From NCBI GenBank assembly GCA_963729965.1, contig CAVSPX010000003.1, positions 15,917 to 79,916 of the forward strand: 64,000 bases of DNA, written 5' to 3'. Below, one piece after another: positions 43,932-53,519 of the stretch. The translations under genes and the position numbers were made by a program. The notes beneath the pieces are model-generated. The model was not told the DNA's origin, made no database searches, and worked only from the letters and a program-made list of their open reading frames with translations. Each line of letters starts with the position of its first letter. Positions within the stretch are counted from its first letter, which is position 1. The DNA comes from an uncultured Alphaproteobacteria bacterium. GTDB lineage: Bacteria; Pseudomonadota; Alphaproteobacteria; Rhizobiales; Xanthobacteraceae.

Positions 43932-46349
43932 ATGACCACTTATACCTGGAACGACAATTCGCACGATGGCGACTGGTCTGATGCCGGGAACTGGAGCCCC
44001 GGCAGCGGCCCACCCGGTGCGGGCGACACTGCGAAAATCAACATTTCCAGCGATGTGTTCGTCGAAAGCGTCGTCACGGTCGGAACATTACTGAACTCGT
44101 CCGGCGATATTGAGCCAAGCGAAGGGGTCGGCGACGAGCTCATCGTCGACAACACTGGTGCCAGCGTGAACGGCGCCACCATTGCGCTTGAAGCCGACAG
44201 CTCGCTGGAAATCGTCAACGGCACATTCAAAAACACCGGTCAGATCGACCTCATTGGCGATTACGGCCCCAACGTCAACTTCCTGATCGGCAATTCGGTC
44301 ACTTTGGACGGCGCCGGCGAAATCTTGATGACCGGCGGTGTCGCCGGCAACAACTCGATCAGCGGAACCGGCGCTTTCAGCTCGCTCGATAACGTCGACA
44401 ACACCATCGTCGGCTCCGGCACGATCGGCAATTCGCTCAACTTCACCAACGGGACCAGCGGCACGATCGAGACCAACACGACAGGAACGCCGGGCGGCAC
44501 GATCAATTTTGTTGTCGGCCAGACCGGTTTCACTTTCGTGAATAATGGATCGATCATCGCCGGCAATCAGGGCAGCCTGATCTTCGGCCAGGATCACAAG
44601 GTCGAGGCGTTCACCAATAACAGTCTCATCGCGATTGAAGGCGGCGGCAGCACCACGAGCCTCGTCATCGCCGGCCAGGTCACATTCAGCGGCACCGGCC
44701 AGATCGAGCTGGTCAACAGCGGCTTCATGTCGAATGTCATCACCAGCGATGGCAAAGCGGCCGAGCTCACCACCTCTATTCCGATCGAAGGCAGCGGAAC
44801 GATCGGCGATTCGAAGCTCACGCTGAACAACTTTTCGACTATCGGCTCGTCGGGCGGGACGCTGGTCATCAACACCGGCAACAACACCATCACCAACAGC
44901 GACAACGGCACGATCGCCTCGGCCTATGGCGGCGTGGTCGAAATCAAAAGCCCGGTTGAGAACCGGAACGGCAATATCACGGCCGCCCTGCTTGGCGTGA
45001 CGCAAATCCTGGCTCCGGTGTTTGACGGCACCGTCGATGACGAGTTCGACGGCATCATCGAGCTTGGCAAGGGCGGCTCGGTGAACAACGGCGTCGAGTT
45101 CACCGGCACCGGCGCCACACTGCGGGTCGATACCAGCGCCAGCCAGATCGGCGGCGGCATCACTGGCATTGCGGCTACTGACAGCATCGATGTGGCGTTC
45201 GCACCGATCGCTCTGGGCGATCACGCGGTCTGGCAGCAGACGAGCGGTTCGGGCGGGATACTGTCGCTTTACGATAACGGCAACGACCTCGCCTCGTTCA
45301 ATCTGGCAGGCCAGTTCAACTCGCTCGACTTCGCGGTGAGCAACGACGGCGCTAATGGCGCGCTCATTACTGTGCAAAGCACGCCGAGCTACGCGGAGAA
45401 CGCCGGCAATAACGATGAATGGATCATGGCGGACGGTCAGTGGGGCGCGAGCGCCGGACCCGGATCACATCCATCGGGCTACAACGTAGCCCTGACCGGC
45501 GATTGGACCGGCGACGGCACTGACGGCATCCTGTGGTTCAATCCATCGAACGGCGATGCCGACGAATGGCAGCTGTCGAATACCCAATGGTCGGCCAGCG
45601 TCGATCTCGGTACTCATCCGGCGAACGCAACGGACGGCGCCAGCTATCAGATCGCCGGGACCGATGGCGCCACGGACTTCGCCGGCAACGGTATCGACGA
45701 CGTGCTGTGGACCAGCACCAATAGTGACGGCACGATTGCGACCGACATCTGGGAATTGGGCTCCGACGGCAAGTGGGCCAACAGCGTCAGCCCCGGTAAT
45801 CATCCAGCCGGCTATAGCGTCGCGGGTACAGGCGATTGGACCGGCAACGGCACCGACGGCATCCTGTGGTTCAACCCATCGAACGGCGACACCGACGAGT
45901 GGCAATTATCCGGCGGCAAATGGGCGGCCAGCGTCGATCTCGGCACACACCCTGCAAATTCGGACGGCAACAGCTACCAGGTCGCCGGCACCGGGGATTT
46001 CTTCGACAGCGGCCGCGACGGCGTGCTGTGGACCAGCGTCAACAGCGACGGCACGGTTGCGACTGACATTTGGGAACTTGATTCCAGCGGCAAATGGATG
46101 GCGAGCGTCAGCCCAGGCAACCATCCGGGCGGCTATCAGGTGGTCGGCGTCGGCGATTTTACCGGCACTGGGACGAGCGACATCCTGTGGTACAACGCCT
46201 CGAACGGCGACACCGACGAATGGCTGATCAACAACGGCCAGTGGGCCGGCAGCATCGATCTCGGCACGCATCCGGGCGGCTTCCAGATCGCCGGTATCGG
46301 CGACTTCAACGGCGACGGCACCAAGGACATTCTTTGGCATTCGTCCTGA
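43932..46349 (+). CDS. large repeat protein: N-terminal parallel-beta-helix-like region plus C-terminal 6-bladed FG-GAP/VCBS propeller
   Basis: 805 aa with no signal peptide. N-terminus TWNDNSHDGDWSDAGNWSPGSGPPGAGDTAKI. G/N/T/S-rich repeats of about 20 aa. The C-terminus repeats GD(W/F)(T/N)G(D/N/T)GT(D/K)(G/D)ILW...G..DEW....G.W..S.DLGTHP. Confidence 0.8.
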   Translation: MTTYTWNDNSHDGDWSDAGNWSPGSGPPGAGDTAKINISSDVFVESVVTVGTLLNSSGDIEPSEGVGDELIVDNTGASVNGATIALEADSSLEIVNGTFKNTGQIDLIGDYGPNVNFLIGNSVTLDGAGEILMTGGVAGNNSISGTGAFSSLDNVDNTIVGSGTIGNSLNFTNGTSGTIETNTTGTPGGTINFVVGQTGFTFVNNGSIIAGNQGSLIFGQDHKVEAFTNNSLIAIEGGGSTTSLVIAGQVTFSGTGQIELVNSGFMSNVITSDGKAAELTTSIPIEGSGTIGDSKLTLNNFSTIGSSGGTLVINTGNNTITNSDNGTIASAYGGVVEIKSPVENRNGNITAALLGVTQILAPVFDGTVDDEFDGIIELGKGGSVNNGVEFTGTGATLRVDTSASQIGGGITGIAATDSIDVAFAPIALGDHAVWQQTSGSGGILSLYDNGNDLASFNLAGQFNSLDFAVSNDGANGALITVQSTPSYAENAGNNDEWIMADGQWGASAGPGSHPSGYNVALTGDWTGDGTDGILWFNPSNGDADEWQLSNTQWSASVDLGTHPANATDGASYQIAGTDGATDFAGNGIDDVLWTSTNSDGTIATDIWELGSDGKWANSVSPGNHPAGYSVAGTGDWTGNGTDGILWFNPSNGDTDEWQLSGGKWAASVDLGTHPANSDGNSYQVAGTGDFFDSGRDGVLWTSVNSDGTVATDIWELDSSGKWMASVSPGNHPGGYQVVGVGDFTGTGTSDILWYNASNGDTDEWLINNGQWAGSIDLGTHPGGFQIAGIGDFNGDGTKDILWHSS

Positions 46350-46490
46350 CAACATCGGCCAGTCGCATATCCTGAAGTGCAAGGGCCGCGAGAAAGCCGC
46401 GCCTGCTGCGCATCAGCCGCATTGGACGGACGGCGCGCCTGTGTTACGCAACGGCAAAGACCACTGCGTGCGCAACCGGAGCCATAAAAA

Positions 46491-48782
46491 ATGACGACAA
46501 ACCCGATGGGCGGCGGTCAGATCGGCCGCTCGGTGCCACGCCTCGAAGCACGCGAAAAGGTCACCGGCCGCGCCGAATATACCCACTTGATGCGGCTGCC
46601 CGGCATGCTCCACGCCAAGATCTTCCGCAGCACGGTGGCGCACGGCCGGATCAAATCGCTCGATGTCAGCGCAGCGCGGGAGATGCCGGGCGTCTTCCGC
46701 GTCATCACCCCTGAGGATATCGTCAAAGTCATCCCCAATCCGTATTACGGGCCGGCTTTCCACGACCAGCCGATCCTGGCGATGGAGAAGGTGCGCTTCG
46801 TCGGCGAGCCCGTCGCCGTCGTGCTCGCTGCCGATCCGCACGTCGCCGAGGCGGCCGCGCAGGCCATCGTCGCCGAATACGAAGAGCTTGAGCCGGTGTT
46901 CGACGAGGTCGAGGCGATGACCGCCTCCTCCTACGTGCACGACGAACTGAAGCCTGCCGCGACCTTCGCCGACCTCAAGCACCTCAAAGGCCAGAAGAAC
47001 ACCAATCTCGCGCTCAACGCCAAGCTGCGGCGCGGCGACGTCGACAAGGCCTTCGCCGGCGCCGCGAAGGTGTTCGAGCACGAATTCCGCACGCAGAAAT
47101 GCCTGCACATCCCGTTCGAGCCGTTCGTGTCGATTGCCGACGCCAAGGACACGAGCGTCACCATCCACACCAGTTCGCAGGGGCCGTCGTTCGTGCGCAC
47201 CGAAATCGCGCGGCTCCTCGGCTGGCCGGAGAACCGCGTACGCATCAAGGTGCCGTATCTCGGCGGCGGCTACGGCGGCAAGCTCTACATGAAGCTCGAA
47301 GCGCTGGCGACGGCTTGCTCGATGATCGCGCGCCGCCCGGTGAAGATCGCGCTCACCATGGAGGAGCAGTTCTATCAGATCACCAAACATCCGGCGACGG
47401 TGCGCATCAAGTCCGGCGTCGACAAGAGCGGCCGCATCACGGCGCGCAAATGCGAGGTGTTCTGGAACGGCGGCGCCTATGCGGATATCGGCCCGCGCGT
47501 GACGCACAAATCCGGCTTCACCGCCGGCGGCCCTTACGACATCGACAACCTGTGGATCGACTCGCTGGCGATGTACACCAACCTGACGCCGGCGGGCGCG
47601 CTGCGCGGCTTCGGCATGCCGCAGCTCACTTTTGCCTATGAGAGCCACACCGACATGGTGGCGCGCGCGCTCAACATCGATCCGCTCGAATTCCGCCGCA
47701 AGAACGTGTTGCGCAACGGACGGCCGCAGGCGACCGGCACAATTCTAAAAGATGCTGCGCTCGAAACCGTGCTTGAACATGTCGCCGACCGGCTGCGCTG
47801 GTCGGAAAAATTCGATCGCGGCTCGGGCACCGTCAAGCGCGGCCGTGGCATCGCTTTTGCGCTCAAGGCCTGCGTGTCGCCGACCACCTCGGTCGCGATC
47901 GTCAATGTCAGCGCCGACGGCAGCCCCACGCTTTACATCTCCACTGTCGACATGGGGCAAGGTTCCGACACCGGCATGGCGCAGATCGTCGGCGAAGTGC
48001 TCAACGTGCCGGCCGAGAGCGTGCGCGTCGTCGCCCGCGACACCGACATTACGCCCTACGACATGGGCACGCTCGGCTCGCGCTCGATGTTCCATATGGG
48101 CCACGCCGTGCGGCTGGCCGCCGAAGAGGCACGGCAGAAGATCGGCGAATTGCGCCGCGAAGTCGGCGAGCCGGAAGGCAGCAACACACCGATCTCCGGC
48201 CTGTTCATCAAAAAATACGGCATGAAAGCCGGCAACATCGTCGGCAGCGGCAGCTACCGGCCCGAGCACGTCGAACCGGATCACGAGACCGGCCTGTCGC
48301 CGGAAATCACGCCGTTCTGGATGGTCGCCGCCACCGGCGCCGAGATCGAGGTCGACATCGAAACCGGGCGGGTCCGCATCCTCAAGCTGATTAACGCCGT
48401 GGACTGCGGCACCAAGGTCAATCCGCGCATCGTCGAGACGCAGATTTCCGGCGCCGCGCTGATGCAGCTCGGCTTCACCATGTCGGAGAAGATGAATTAC
48501 GACGGCGGTCAAGTGACCAACGCGTCGCTCGCCGACTACAAGATCACCGGCATCGGCGATTTGCCGGCCGTGATGATCAACGAGGCGATCGACGCGTTTC
48601 AGCACAATGCGCCGTTCGGCGCCAAGGGTGTCGGCGAGTCCTCGACGATGCCGGTGTCGCCGGCCATCGCCAACGCCATCGACGACGCGGTCGGCGTCCG
48701 CCTGACAACCCTGCCGCTCACGGCCGAGGCCGTGTTCCGTGCGCTGCGCGAGAAGGAAGGCCGGCCGCTGGCGGACGGATAG
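46491..48782 (+). CDS. xanthine dehydrogenase/aldehyde oxidase family molybdopterin-binding subunit
   Basis: 763 aa. VPRLEAREKVTGRAEYTHL, GGGYGGK, GALRGFG, DMGQGSDT, GVGESS. Confidence 0.93.
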   Translation: MTTNPMGGGQIGRSVPRLEAREKVTGRAEYTHLMRLPGMLHAKIFRSTVAHGRIKSLDVSAAREMPGVFRVITPEDIVKVIPNPYYGPAFHDQPILAMEKVRFVGEPVAVVLAADPHVAEAAAQAIVAEYEELEPVFDEVEAMTASSYVHDELKPAATFADLKHLKGQKNTNLALNAKLRRGDVDKAFAGAAKVFEHEFRTQKCLHIPFEPFVSIADAKDTSVTIHTSSQGPSFVRTEIARLLGWPENRVRIKVPYLGGGYGGKLYMKLEALATACSMIARRPVKIALTMEEQFYQITKHPATVRIKSGVDKSGRITARKCEVFWNGGAYADIGPRVTHKSGFTAGGPYDIDNLWIDSLAMYTNLTPAGALRGFGMPQLTFAYESHTDMVARALNIDPLEFRRKNVLRNGRPQATGTILKDAALETVLEHVADRLRWSEKFDRGSGTVKRGRGIAFALKACVSPTTSVAIVNVSADGSPTLYISTVDMGQGSDTGMAQIVGEVLNVPAESVRVVARDTDITPYDMGTLGSRSMFHMGHAVRLAAEEARQKIGELRREVGEPEGSNTPISGLFIKKYGMKAGNIVGSGSYRPEHVEPDHETGLSPEITPFWMVAATGAEIEVDIETGRVRILKLINAVDCGTKVNPRIVETQISGAALMQLGFTMSEKMNYDGGQVTNASLADYKITGIGDLPAVMINEAIDAFQHNAPFGAKGVGESSTMPVSPAIANAIDDAVGVRLTTLPLTAEAVFRALREKEGRPLADG

Positions 48783-48989
48783 TTTTTTATCCGAGCAACG
48801 ACCCCCCGACGGCCCTGAGCGACCGATCCCTTCGGATACTTTGCCGGCCGGCGGGAAACCGATAGACTTCGAATATTGGCGCAGCTTGGCCGACGACGGC
48901 GTGGTTTCCCATGCGGTCCGGCCAGTCATGGGTTTTCGACGCAAGATGTTTTGTACAGTTCAAGACGCCTGCGTCAAAGAGGCGGTCCA

Positions 48990-50054
48990 TTGAGCCCGGC
49001 CGGCCCCACCGACGGAGCGCCTTCAGTTCCACAGGAGGTGACGCAGCGCCTTACCCGCGCAGCGGTCTTTACCATCGTCACCATCAATTCCGACGGCCAC
49101 GACGCCATCCGCTCGTTGTGCGGCGACCTGCCGGCACTGTTGCGTGCGGTCGGGTTCCGCGACATTGAGGCCAACCTGTCCTGCATCATGGGCTTCGGCT
49201 CCGACGCCTGGGACACGCTGTTCGGCGCGCCGCGGCCGGCGGAACTGCATCCGTTCCGTGAGATTCACGCGGGTCCGCGGCATGCGCCGGCGACGCCCGG
49301 GGACATTCTGTTCCATATTCGCGCCAAGCGCATGGACCTGTGCTTCGAGCTGGCGACGCAAATCATGGCGCGGCTCGGCGCCGCGGTTTCGCCGGTCGAC
49401 GAGGTGCACGGCTTTCGCTACTTCGACGACCGCGATCTGATCGGCTTCGTCGACGGCACGGAGAATCCGACTGCGCAGGCGGCGATCGACGCAGCCTATA
49501 TCGGCGCCGAAGACCAAACCTTCGCCGGCGGCAGCTACGTCATCGTGCAAAAGTACCTGCATGATCTGACCGCCTGGAATACGCTTCCCGTCGAAGCGCA
49601 GGAGCGCATCGTCGGCCGCACCAAGCTGTCGGACATCGAACTCGACGATTCGGTCAAGCCGACATCCTCCCACAATGCGCTGACCACAATTGTCGAGAAC
49701 GGCAAGGAGATAAAAATCCTTCGCGACAACATGCCGTTCGGCAACGCCGCCCGCGGCGAATTCGGCACCTATTTCATCGGCTACGCGCGGTCGCCGCGGA
49801 CCATCGAGCAGATGCTCGAAAACATGTTCGTCGGCCGTCCGCCCGGCAACTACGACCGGCTGCTCGATTTCAGCCGCGCCACAAGCGGCAATCTGTTTTT
49901 CATCCCGTCCGCGACATTCCTGGAAAATGTCGGCGACGCGGCGCCCGCCGCGACAGCGGCGGCCGAACCGGCGGCGGCACCATCCGCCGCACTGCCGGCT
50001 TCGGACGGCTCGCTCGGTATCGGTTCCCTCAAAGGAGATCCGTCTCATGAATAA
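48990..50054 (+). CDS. DyP-type peroxidase with C-terminal encapsulin targeting peptide
   Basis: RDLIGFVDGTENP (GxxDGTxNP motif), ILRDNMPFG, GTYFIGYARS, NLFFIPS. C-terminal A/P-rich linker followed by SDGSLGIGSLKG. Start uncertain (TTG at 48990 with AGAGG upstream; the track ORF begins at 48876). Confidence 0.9.
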   Translation: MSPAGPTDGAPSVPQEVTQRLTRAAVFTIVTINSDGHDAIRSLCGDLPALLRAVGFRDIEANLSCIMGFGSDAWDTLFGAPRPAELHPFREIHAGPRHAPATPGDILFHIRAKRMDLCFELATQIMARLGAAVSPVDEVHGFRYFDDRDLIGFVDGTENPTAQAAIDAAYIGAEDQTFAGGSYVIVQKYLHDLTAWNTLPVEAQERIVGRTKLSDIELDDSVKPTSSHNALTTIVENGKEIKILRDNMPFGNAARGEFGTYFIGYARSPRTIEQMLENMFVGRPPGNYDRLLDFSRATSGNLFFIPSATFLENVGDAAPAATAAAEPAAAPSAALPASDGSLGIGSLKGDPSHE

Positions 50055-50862
50055 CCTGCATCGCGAACTCGCCCCGATCTCGGACGCGGCGTGGGCCGAC
50101 ATCGAGCAAGAGGTATCGCGCACGCTGAAGCGCTATCTGGCGGCGCGGCGCGTCGTCGATGTGCATGGGCCGGGCGGCGTGGCGCTGTCTGCCGTCGGCA
50201 CCGGGCACCTGCGCAACATCAAGGCGCCGGGAGAAAGCATCATCGCACGGCAGCGCGAGGTCAACGCGCTGGTGGAATTGCGCGTGCCGTTCGATCTCGA
50301 TCGCCAGCAGATCGACGACATGGAGCGCGGCGCCGAGGATTCCGACTGGCAACCGGCAAAGGACGCCGCCCAGCGCATCGCTTTTGCGGAAGACCGGGCG
50401 ATCTTCGACGGCTATGCGGCCGCCGGAATTGGCGGCGTCCGCGAAGGCACCAGCAACCCGGTGATGAATCTTCCGGCCGACATCCGCGATTATCCGGACG
50501 CCATCGCCCAGGCGTTGAGCCAACTGCGTCTTGTCGGCGTCAACGGACCTTACTCGGTGCTGCTCAGCGCCGAAGCCTATACGGGCCTGAGCGAAACCCG
50601 GGACCACGGCCATCCGGTGCTGGAACATGTCAAGCGGCTGGTCGATGGCGAGATCATCTGGGCGCCGGCAATCGCCGGGGCGTTTGTGCTCACAACCCGC
50701 GGCGGCGATTTCGCCCTGCATATCGGCCAGGATTTGTCGATCGGCTATTTGAGCCACACCGATACGAGCGTGCGCCTCTACTTGCAGGAGACGTTTACTT
50801 TTCTCCTGCTGACCACCGAGGCATCGGTCGCGCTCAACCCGGCGAAAAGTACACGCAGCTAG
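50047..50862 (+). CDS. family-1 encapsulin (linocin M18-like) shell protein
   Basis: 271 aa. MNNLHRELAPISDAAWADIEQEVSRTLKRYLAARRVVDV...RIAFAEDRAIFDGY...VLLSAEAY...GGDFALHIGQDLSIGY. Overlaps the DyP stop by 8 nt. Confidence 0.92.
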   Translation: MNNLHRELAPISDAAWADIEQEVSRTLKRYLAARRVVDVHGPGGVALSAVGTGHLRNIKAPGESIIARQREVNALVELRVPFDLDRQQIDDMERGAEDSDWQPAKDAAQRIAFAEDRAIFDGYAAAGIGGVREGTSNPVMNLPADIRDYPDAIAQALSQLRLVGVNGPYSVLLSAEAYTGLSETRDHGHPVLEHVKRLVDGEIIWAPAIAGAFVLTTRGGDFALHIGQDLSIGYLSHTDTSVRLYLQETFTFLLLTTEASVALNPAKSTRS

Positions 50863-50956
50863 GCGCCGATTGTCGCTTCCCTTCCCGCTCCCGCTGCCAT
50901 ACGGTGCCGCGCCAGAGCGCGCGAACGCGCCATAACAACAATCGGGGAGGACTGCG

Positions 50957-52306
50957 ATGGCCGGCCAAGCGGAAGTGCAAGTCTCGCATTTTCTGGATGA
51001 GTACGGGGTCGGCTCGTTTCACTACAAGCTGTTGTTCTGGACCGTGCTGATGGCCTTGATCGACGGCTACGACATCGGCGCGATTGCGTTCGCGGCGCCG
51101 AGCCTCATCCGGGAATGGCATATCGCGCCAAAGGCGCTCGGCCTTGTGTTGTCGGCGAGCAACTTCGGCGTCCTGTTCGGCTCGCAGATATTCGGCTGGA
51201 TCGGCGACCGCTACGGCCGCAAGACCGCGCTGATACTCGCCAATGTGCTGTTCGGCATTTTCACCTTCATTGCCGCCTATTCGACCAATCTGACTGAAAT
51301 GTCGTGGTTGCGTTTCATCGCCGGACTCGGCATCGGCGGCGTCATTCCCAACATCGTCGCGATCAATGCCGAATCGGCACCGCGCGACAAACGCGCGACG
51401 CTGGCGATCATCGCTACCGGCATGGTACCGCTCGGCGGCGCCTTCGCGGGCTTTGTCAGCGCGGCCTTCGTGGCCAGTCACGGTTGGCAGGTTCTGTTCT
51501 TCGTCGGCGGCATCGCGCCGATCGTATTCGCGCTGGGCGCGATCTTCTATCTGCCGGAGTCGATCAAGTTCATGGCCATCCACGAAGGCCAGCGCGCCAA
51601 GATGGAGGCATTGCTCAACGAAATGCGCCCCGATTTCGTCGTGCCCCCCAATGCGCGATTCGTGATCGAGGACGAAAAGCAGGCGCCGAGCAATCCCCTC
51701 AATCTGTTCCGCGAAGGGCTGGCGCTGATCACGCCGCTGACCTGGCTGATCTTCGCCTGCAACCTGATGGGATATTTCTTCCTGCTGAGCTGGACGCCGA
51801 CGCTGATGGGCGCCGCGCACGTGCCGCCGCAGGTCGCAGCGCTGGCCGGCGCCGGCCTTCAGGTCGGCGGCACGGTCGGCTCACTGCTGTTGTCCTGGTG
51901 GCTGCAGCGAGCCCAGTTTCTCGCCATCGCCATCATGTTCATCATCGCCGTGCCGATCGTGGGCGCGATCGGCTATGCGGGCCTAAGCTCGACAGCGGCG
52001 CTGATCGTCGTAACGTTCTTCGCCGGCTTCATCGTGCTCGGCATCCAGTCGGGTATCAACGTGGTCGGCGCGATGATCTATCCGACCTCGCTGCGCGCCA
52101 ACGGTTCGGGCTGGCAGCTCGGCATCGGACGACTGGGCGCCATCGCTGGCCCGCTCGTCGGCGCGCTGTTCGTCGGCCTGCCGGTGACGCGCCTCTATAT
52201 GTGGTCGGCGCTGCCGTTCGCTGCCGGCGCCGTCGTGACCTTCATCGTCTACGGACTGGTCAGCGCGCGGCTGCGCGAGCATCCGGAGCTCGCCAAGGCG
52301 CAGTAG
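50957..52306 (+). CDS. MFS transporter, aromatic acid:H+ symporter (AAHS/PcaK-like) type
   Basis: 449 aa, 12 TM segments. GWIGDRYGRKTAL motif, FLDEYGVGSFHYKLL N-terminus. Confidence 0.88.
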   Translation: MAGQAEVQVSHFLDEYGVGSFHYKLLFWTVLMALIDGYDIGAIAFAAPSLIREWHIAPKALGLVLSASNFGVLFGSQIFGWIGDRYGRKTALILANVLFGIFTFIAAYSTNLTEMSWLRFIAGLGIGGVIPNIVAINAESAPRDKRATLAIIATGMVPLGGAFAGFVSAAFVASHGWQVLFFVGGIAPIVFALGAIFYLPESIKFMAIHEGQRAKMEALLNEMRPDFVVPPNARFVIEDEKQAPSNPLNLFREGLALITPLTWLIFACNLMGYFFLLSWTPTLMGAAHVPPQVAALAGAGLQVGGTVGSLLLSWWLQRAQFLAIAIMFIIAVPIVGAIGYAGLSSTAALIVVTFFAGFIVLGIQSGINVVGAMIYPTSLRANGSGWQLGIGRLGAIAGPLVGALFVGLPVTRLYMWSALPFAAGAVVTFIVYGLVSARLREHPELAKAQ

Positions 52307-52312
52307 GAACAC

Positions 52313-53401
52313 TCAAAACGGCTCGTAGCCGCGCAGCGCCGGGATCACCTTCTCGCCGAACAGCCGTATCGAGCGCATCAGATCCGCCTCCGGCAGATCG
52401 GCGAAATTGAACTCGCCCATGAACACATTGAACACGCCATGTTCGGCAGCGGCACGGATTTTTGCCGCGACCGTCTCGGGCGAGCCGATAAAGACCAGTT
52501 CGTGTTTCAACAAATAATCGGCATCGAACAGATGCTGCATGATCTCGGAAGCGCCGGGCTCGCCGCGGCCGACAAACATCTTGGCGTGCGCGGCGGCGCG
52601 CTGTTCGAACGTTTCGCCCGGCTTCGGCGGTGCCAGAAAGCCCTCGTAGGCGCGGCTGGCGCGGAATGCCGCGGTCTCGATCGCCTTGGCGTCGGTCTCG
52701 TCGACATAGACCACGGTGCAATAGGAGATGTTCGGCTTGGTGGCATGACTGGCCGCCTGCCAGTCGGACAGGAATTTGCGGTAGCGCGGCGCTGCGTCGC
52801 CGCGCGGATAGACGAGAAAATAGCCGGGGCTGATGGCGTTCTTGGCGCAGAATTCAAGCGTCTGTGGGTCGCGGCTCATCATCCATAGCGGCGGATGCGG
52901 GCGCTGCACCGGCGGCACCGAGATGCGCGCGTTGTCGGTGTGGAATTCCGCCCCGTGATAGGAGAACGGCTGTGTCTCGCCGAACGCCGCGCGCAGATAA
53001 TCGACGAATTCGAGCGTCGGCGATTTGCGTTGCCCGTAATCGAGGCCGAACGGGCGGAAATAGTCGGGATTGATCCCTGGCACCAAGCCGAGCTCCATGC
53101 GGCCGCCGAGCATCTGATCGACGATAGCGATCTCCTCGGCAAGCCGCAGCGGATGATAGAGCGGCACGATATAGCCCATCGGCCCGATGCGCAGCCGCTT
53201 GGTGCGCGCGCCGGCGCCAACCGCATAGAGCGACGGCGACGACATCCAGCTTTCGTCGGGGCGGAAATGATGTTCGACGCAGAACGAGTGATCGAAATCG
53301 AGCGCGTCGCACAACGCCAGTTCACGCCACAGTTGCTCGTAGCGCTGGTGCGGCATCATGCCGGGCTTGGCCCAGATATGGGAGAAATGCGCGAATTTCA
53401 T
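52313..53401 (-). CDS. LLM-class (luciferase-like) flavin-dependent oxidoreductase
   Basis: 362 aa. MKFAHFSHIWAKPG..., HHFRPDESWMSSP, YHPLRLAEEIAIVDQMLGGRMELGLVPG. Confidence 0.9.
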   Translation of the reverse strand: MKFAHFSHIWAKPGMMPHQRYEQLWRELALCDALDFDHSFCVEHHFRPDESWMSSPSLYAVGAGARTKRLRIGPMGYIVPLYHPLRLAEEIAIVDQMLGGRMELGLVPGINPDYFRPFGLDYGQRKSPTLEFVDYLRAAFGETQPFSYHGAEFHTDNARISVPPVQRPHPPLWMMSRDPQTLEFCAKNAISPGYFLVYPRGDAAPRYRKFLSDWQAASHATKPNISYCTVVYVDETDAKAIETAAFRASRAYEGFLAPPKPGETFEQRAAAHAKMFVGRGEPGASEIMQHLFDADYLLKHELVFIGSPETVAAKIRAAAEHGVFNVFMGEFNFADLPEADLMRSIRLFGEKVIPALRGYEPF

Positions 53402-53519
53402 GGGTGGCGGCGCCCTAGGTCTCTCACGCGTGTCCGTGCGGCATGATAGCAGTTACCGCTGTCAGCGCGGCTGCGATACGGGATCGCGCGGTATGCCGCA
53501 AGCTTGACGTCTCGATAAG

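Noticed and set aside
45498-46151. 333/321-bp tandem DNA repeat as an independent repeat or mobile element
   Set aside because: It lies entirely in frame inside the FG-GAP propeller gene and corresponds to duplicated blade pairs. It is reported under that gene.
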